DNA of 64,000 nt from an uncultured Actinomycetes bacterium. GTDB taxonomy: Bacteria; Actinomycetota; UBA4738; HRBIN12. Each line of letters begins with the position of its first letter. Within the stretch, counting starts at the first letter, position 1. The stretch covers positions 403 to 64,402 of the forward strand of contig CAWGFO010000010.1 of the NCBI GenBank assembly GCA_963821925.1, given 5' to 3'. Both the position numbers and the translations under genes were made by a program. Positions 60,403 through 64,000 of this stretch are shown here, one piece after another. The notes beneath the pieces are model-generated. The model worked only from the letters and a program-made list of their open reading frames with translations. It ran no database searches and was not told the origin of the DNA.

Positions 60403-62043
60403 TCACGGTTCGAGCTCCGGATGGTGCAGGTCGAAAGCCGGCCGCGCCGAGCGGATCCGCGGCACGGCCGTGAAGTTGTGCTCGGGCGGCGGCGAGGTCG
60501 TCGCCCATTCGAGCGACGAGCCGCCCCACGGGTCGTCCCCGGCGGGGATCCGATGCCGGCGCGAGATCCACAGGTCCACCAGGAACACGAGCACGGCCAC
60601 CGTCATCACGCCCGCACCGATCGTCGAAACGAGGTTCGGCGTGTCGAACCCGAGTCCCGTCGCGTAGTCGACGATCCGGCGAGGCATCCCGCGGAGCCCC
60701 ACCACGAACTGCGGCCAGAACGTCAGGTTGAACCCGAAGAACAGCAGGTAGAAGACCCACCGGCCGAGCGACTCGCGGAGCATCGCGCCGGTCATCTTCG
60801 GGTACCAGAAGTAGATCGCGGCGAAGATCCCGAACACCGCGCCACCCATCATCGTGTAGTGGAAGTGGGAGACCAGGAAATAGGAGTCGGCGACCTGGAA
60901 GTCGATCGGGGCGCTCGCGAGGAGGACCCCCGTCACGCCGCCGATCAGGAAGTTCAGGAGGAACCCGATCGTGAACAGCATCGGCGTCGCGAGCCGGATC
61001 TTGCCGCCCCACATCGTGCCGATCCAGTTGAAGAACTTCACGCCCGTCGGCACGGCGATCGTGAACGTCATCGCGCTGAAGAACGGGTTGTCGACGACGC
61101 CGGTCGTGAACATGTGGTGGGCCCACACGCCGACCGAAAGTGCGCCGATCGCGAGCGTCGCGAGGACGAATCCGAGGTAGCCGAAGAGGGGCTTGCGCGC
61201 GAAGACCGGGATGATCTCGGTGATCACGCCGAAGAACGGCAGGATCAGGATGTAGACCTCCGGGTGCCCCAGGAACCAGAACAGGTGCTGGTAGATCACG
61301 GGATCGCCCCCGCCCAAGGGGTCGAACGCGTGCCCGCCGACCCGTCGGTCCACGAGCAGCAGCCCGAAGGCGGCCACCGCGGGCGGGAACGCGACGAGCC
61401 CGAGGATCGACGTCACGACCATGTTCCAGGTGAAGATCGGGACGCGCCACATCGTCATGCCGGGCGCCCGCATCAGGAACACCGTCGTGAGGATGTTGAT
61501 GCCGGTCAGGAGCGTCGCCATCGCGACGAGCGCCAGCCCGAGGATCCATAGGTCGGTCGCGATCGAGGGCGAGAGGCGCGCCTCCGACAGCGGCGGGTAC
61601 GCGGTCCAGCCCGTCGCGGTGCCACCGCCGGCCGCGGCGAACCCGGACAGCAGCACGAGCAGCCCGCCGCCCGCGAAGCACCAGTACGACAGCGCGTTCA
61701 GCCGGGGGAACGCCATGTCGGGCGCGCCGATCTGCAGCGGGATCAGGTAGTTGCCCAGGCCGGCCCCGAACGGCGCCACGAACAGGAAGATCATCAGCGT
61801 CCCGTGGATCGTGAACGTGGTGTTGTAGGCCTCGTTCGAGAGCAGCTGTCGGCCGGGCTCCGCGAGCTCGGTGCGGAGCAGGTCCGCGAGCGCGCCGCCG
61901 ATCAGGAAGAACGCGAACGCCGTGACGCAGTACATGATCCCGATGTGCTTGTGGTTCGTGGTCGTGAGCCACGAGACCGGGCCGGGGCGGTGCGGCTCCG
62001 CGGGGGCGGGTGCCGCGGCCGGACGGTCGACGGTGGTGCTCAC
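60403..62043 (-). CDS. ctaD: Cytochrome c oxidase (aa3) subunit I.
   Basis: …WLTTTNHKHIGIMY… and …HHMF…HFHYTMMGG…. His ligands of heme a/a3 and CuB are all present. Confidence 0.95.
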   Translation of the reverse strand: MSTTVDRPAAAPAPAEPHRPGPVSWLTTTNHKHIGIMYCVTAFAFFLIGGALADLLRTELAEPGRQLLSNEAYNTTFTIHGTLMIFLFVAPFGAGLGNYLIPLQIGAPDMAFPRLNALSYWCFAGGGLLVLLSGFAAAGGGTATGWTAYPPLSEARLSPSIATDLWILGLALVAMATLLTGINILTTVFLMRAPGMTMWRVPIFTWNMVVTSILGLVAFPPAVAAFGLLLVDRRVGGHAFDPLGGGDPVIYQHLFWFLGHPEVYILILPFFGVITEIIPVFARKPLFGYLGFVLATLAIGALSVGVWAHHMFTTGVVDNPFFSAMTFTIAVPTGVKFFNWIGTMWGGKIRLATPMLFTIGFLLNFLIGGVTGVLLASAPIDFQVADSYFLVSHFHYTMMGGAVFGIFAAIYFWYPKMTGAMLRESLGRWVFYLLFFGFNLTFWPQFVVGLRGMPRRIVDYATGLGFDTPNLVSTIGAGVMTVAVLVFLVDLWISRRHRIPAGDDPWGGSSLEWATTSPPPEHNFTAVPRIRSARPAFDLHHPELEP

Positions 62044-62801
62044 GTCGCCACCACCTCACTGCGGCGTTCGGCGAGCCAGCTATCGAACGCGTCGGGCTCC
62101 ATCACGGTCACGCGGAACGTCATGTACGCGTGGTTCAGCCCGCAGAACTCCGCGCAGACGCCTTGGTACGTCCCGGTGTCGGTGGGCGTGACATCGAACC
62201 GGTTCACGTGCCCGGGGATCGCGTCGCGCTTGAACAGGAAGTCGGGGACCCAGAAGGCGTGGATCACGTCGTCGGAGGTCAGCACGACACGTACCGTCTC
62301 GCCGCGGGGGAGCGCGATCTCGGGACCGGTGACGTTCTCGCCGGTCGGATCGCTCACGACCGTCACCTCCTGCCCGTCGTAGGAGAAGCGCCAGCCCCAC
62401 GCGAACGCCTCGGCGCGCAGCGTCACGGCGGGGTCGGGCGCCAGGTCGCCCACCCGCTCCTCGGTGCGGAACGACATCGAGAACAACGCGATCACGATCA
62501 CGACCGGGATCGCCGTGTACACGATCTCGAGCGGCACGTGGCCGTGGAACTGGCGCCCGAGCGCCTCGTCGTCGTCGGAGGGCCGGCGCCGGTACCGGAG
62601 CAGCGACCAGCCGATCAACCCGTACACGATCGCGCCCACCACGATCCCGGCGATCATGAAGACCTGCCAGAGGTCGAAGATGTCGCGCCCCTGCTCGCTC
62701 GCGCCGCGTGGCATCCCGAACGAGGACGAGCACGCGGAGAGGGTGGCGGTCGCGCCCGCGACGACGAGGGCGATCGCGGATCGGGCGACGAGCCGTCTCA
62801 C
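62040..62801 (-). CDS. ctaC: Cytochrome c oxidase subunit II (lipoprotein-anchored).
   Basis: Signal and lipobox (…TLSAC|SS), two TM segments, and the CuA site …HAFWVPDF…CAEFCGLNHAYM…. The GTG start overlaps the qcrB stop and the stop overlaps the ctaD start. Confidence 0.9.
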   Translation of the reverse strand: MRRLVARSAIALVVAGATATLSACSSSFGMPRGASEQGRDIFDLWQVFMIAGIVVGAIVYGLIGWSLLRYRRRPSDDDEALGRQFHGHVPLEIVYTAIPVVIVIALFSMSFRTEERVGDLAPDPAVTLRAEAFAWGWRFSYDGQEVTVVSDPTGENVTGPEIALPRGETVRVVLTSDDVIHAFWVPDFLFKRDAIPGHVNRFDVTPTDTGTYQGVCAEFCGLNHAYMTFRVTVMEPDAFDSWLAERRSEVVAT

Positions 62802-64000
62802 GGCGCCTCCTCCCGCTCCGGCGGCGCGACGTGCGTGGCCTCGAACCCGCCGTCGGCCGCGCGTCGGAGCGCCACCCGTGGCGGATCCTCGATCGGCCGC
62901 GCGTCGCGGCGGGCCAGGTCGCGGCAGATCCAGAACGTGAGCAGCCCCACCACGACGGGCAGCACGAACAGGAGCACGAGCAGCACCGAGTTCAGCGTGT
63001 CGACCTCGATCTGCAGGAACTTCGCGAGCACGTCGTTCGAGCCCGCGAGCATCAACACGATGAACATCGTGATGCCGGCCGCGCCCACCCCGCTGCGGAC
63101 CGGCGCCTCCCTGGGCCGCTGGGCGTAGTGGTGTGTGGCCGTGTCCCGCCGGACGCGCGCCTCGGCGAAGGGCCACAGCGCGAGCGCGGTGAAGATGATG
63201 CCGGGCACGACCACGGCGGGCAGGAAGAGCTCGCCGACCGTGCGACCGAACAGCGTGAACTCCCAGTTCGGCCAGAGGCGGAGCAGTCCTTCGAGCCACC
63301 CGACGTAGAAGTCGGGCTGGGCCGGCGCGGGCGCCGTGTAGGTCACGAACGGCCCGTAGAGCCATACCGGGTTGATCTGGGCCAGGCCGCCCAGCATCGC
63401 GATCACGGCGAAGGTCATGAACGCCACGCCGATCCCCTTCAGCGCGAATCGCGGCCACACCGGGATGCCCCTCACGGTGTCCTCGGTGGTCCCGGGTCCG
63501 CGGAACTGCGTGTGCGTCTGGTGCCAGACCAGCGCGAGGTGGGCCCCGAGGAGCGATAGCAGCAGCAGCGGGATCAGCAGGATGTGCATCACGAACAGGC
63601 GCGGCAGCAGCTCGGGGGAGGGGAACTCCCCGCCGAACAGCAGGAAGGCGAGCCAGGTGCCCACGAGCGGGATCGAGAGCACCGCCGAGTAGATGATCCG
63701 CAGGCCGGTCCCCGAGAGCAGGTCGTCGGGCAGCGAGTACCCCGAGAACCCCGCCGCGATCCCGCCGATCAGGAGGCCGACCCCGATCAGCCAGCTGATC
63801 TCGCGCGGCTTGCGGAACGCCCCCGTGAAGAACACGCGGACCACGTGCGCCACCACCGACGCCATGAAGATCAGCGCGGCCCAGTGGTGGGTCTGGCGCA
63901 TCACGAGACCCGCCCGCACCTCGAACGACAGCCGGAGCACCGACCCGTACGCCTGCGACACGGTCTGGCCGTGCATCGGCGCGTACGGCCCGAGGTAGAC
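62798..64000 (-). CDS. qcrB: Cytochrome bc1 complex cytochrome b subunit; 3' part only, with the N-terminus beyond the window edge.
   Basis: …HWAALIFMASVVAHVVRVFFTGAFRKPREISW… and …SAVLSIPLVGTWLAFLLFGGEFP…. The ORF is still open at 64000. Confidence 0.85.
   Translation of the reverse strand, partial: VYLGPYAPMHGQTVSQAYGSVLRLSFEVRAGLVMRQTHHWAALIFMASVVAHVVRVFFTGAFRKPREISWLIGVGLLIGGIAAGFSGYSLPDDLLSGTGLRIIYSAVLSIPLVGTWLAFLLFGGEFPSPELLPRLFVMHILLIPLLLLSLLGAHLALVWHQTHTQFRGPGTTEDTVRGIPVWPRFALKGIGVAFMTFAVIAMLGGLAQINPVWLYGPFVTYTAPAPAQPDFYVGWLEGLLRLWPNWEFTLFGRTVGELFLPAVVVPGIIFTALALWPFAEARVRRDTATHHYAQRPREAPVRSGVGAAGITMFIVLMLAGSNDVLAKFLQIEVDTLNSVLLVLLFVLPVVVGLLTFWICRDLARRDARPIEDPPRVALRRAADGGFEATHVAPPEREEAP

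Overview
This is a 64-kb high-GC window that falls into two compositionally and taxonomically different parts. Part A (about 1–10,440) has somewhat lower GC and looks like a Gram-negative organism, possibly myxobacterial or planctomycete-like. It holds a large Ig-like-domain surface protein translationally coupled to an OmpW-like outer-membrane beta-barrel, an aldo/keto reductase, a second secreted beta-barrel, a DUF1592-type CxxCH cytochrome-domain protein, a Tat-secreted DUF1552 protein, an LhgO-like FAD oxidoreductase and a 5'-fragment of an APS kinase. Almost every gene in part A is broken by one to five frame changes. Part B (about 10,440–64,000) has GC above 70% and compact gene spacing, and looks like an actinobacterial core-genome region. 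It contains an alpha/beta-hydrolase–class III cyclase fusion, DUF72, two ECF sigma/anti-sigma pairs (one SigH/RshA-like with a ZAS motif), a BMP-family nucleoside ABC uptake system, upp, a DAHP synthase with a candidate aromatic leader peptide, moaE next to mreB, DUF1028, a PDZ/Lon-like protein, UPF0182, an aldehyde dehydrogenase, a collagen-like secreted protein next to an initiator tRNA-Met, an M1-like peptidase, a cNMP-binding protein, a GT2 glycosyltransferase with a CysS-tail extension, ftsH, a molybdopterin oxidoreductase, a PIG-L deacetylase, a PLP decarboxylase, nth, whiB, GDPD, ABC-F, UdgB, an RTX-like repeat protein upstream of an ABC exporter, VIT, MarR, and a qcrB-ctaC-ctaD-ctaF respiratory operon. 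Part B also has scattered single frameshifts. I found no integrase, transposase, CRISPR array or recognisable defence system. The observations most worth a second look are the abrupt junction at about 10,443, the 29-bp direct repeats around a sigma/anti-sigma module, a three-gene block of small Zn-ribbon and HicB-like proteins, the candidate aroG attenuator, the collagen-like gene beside the tRNA, and the RTX/ABC pair.
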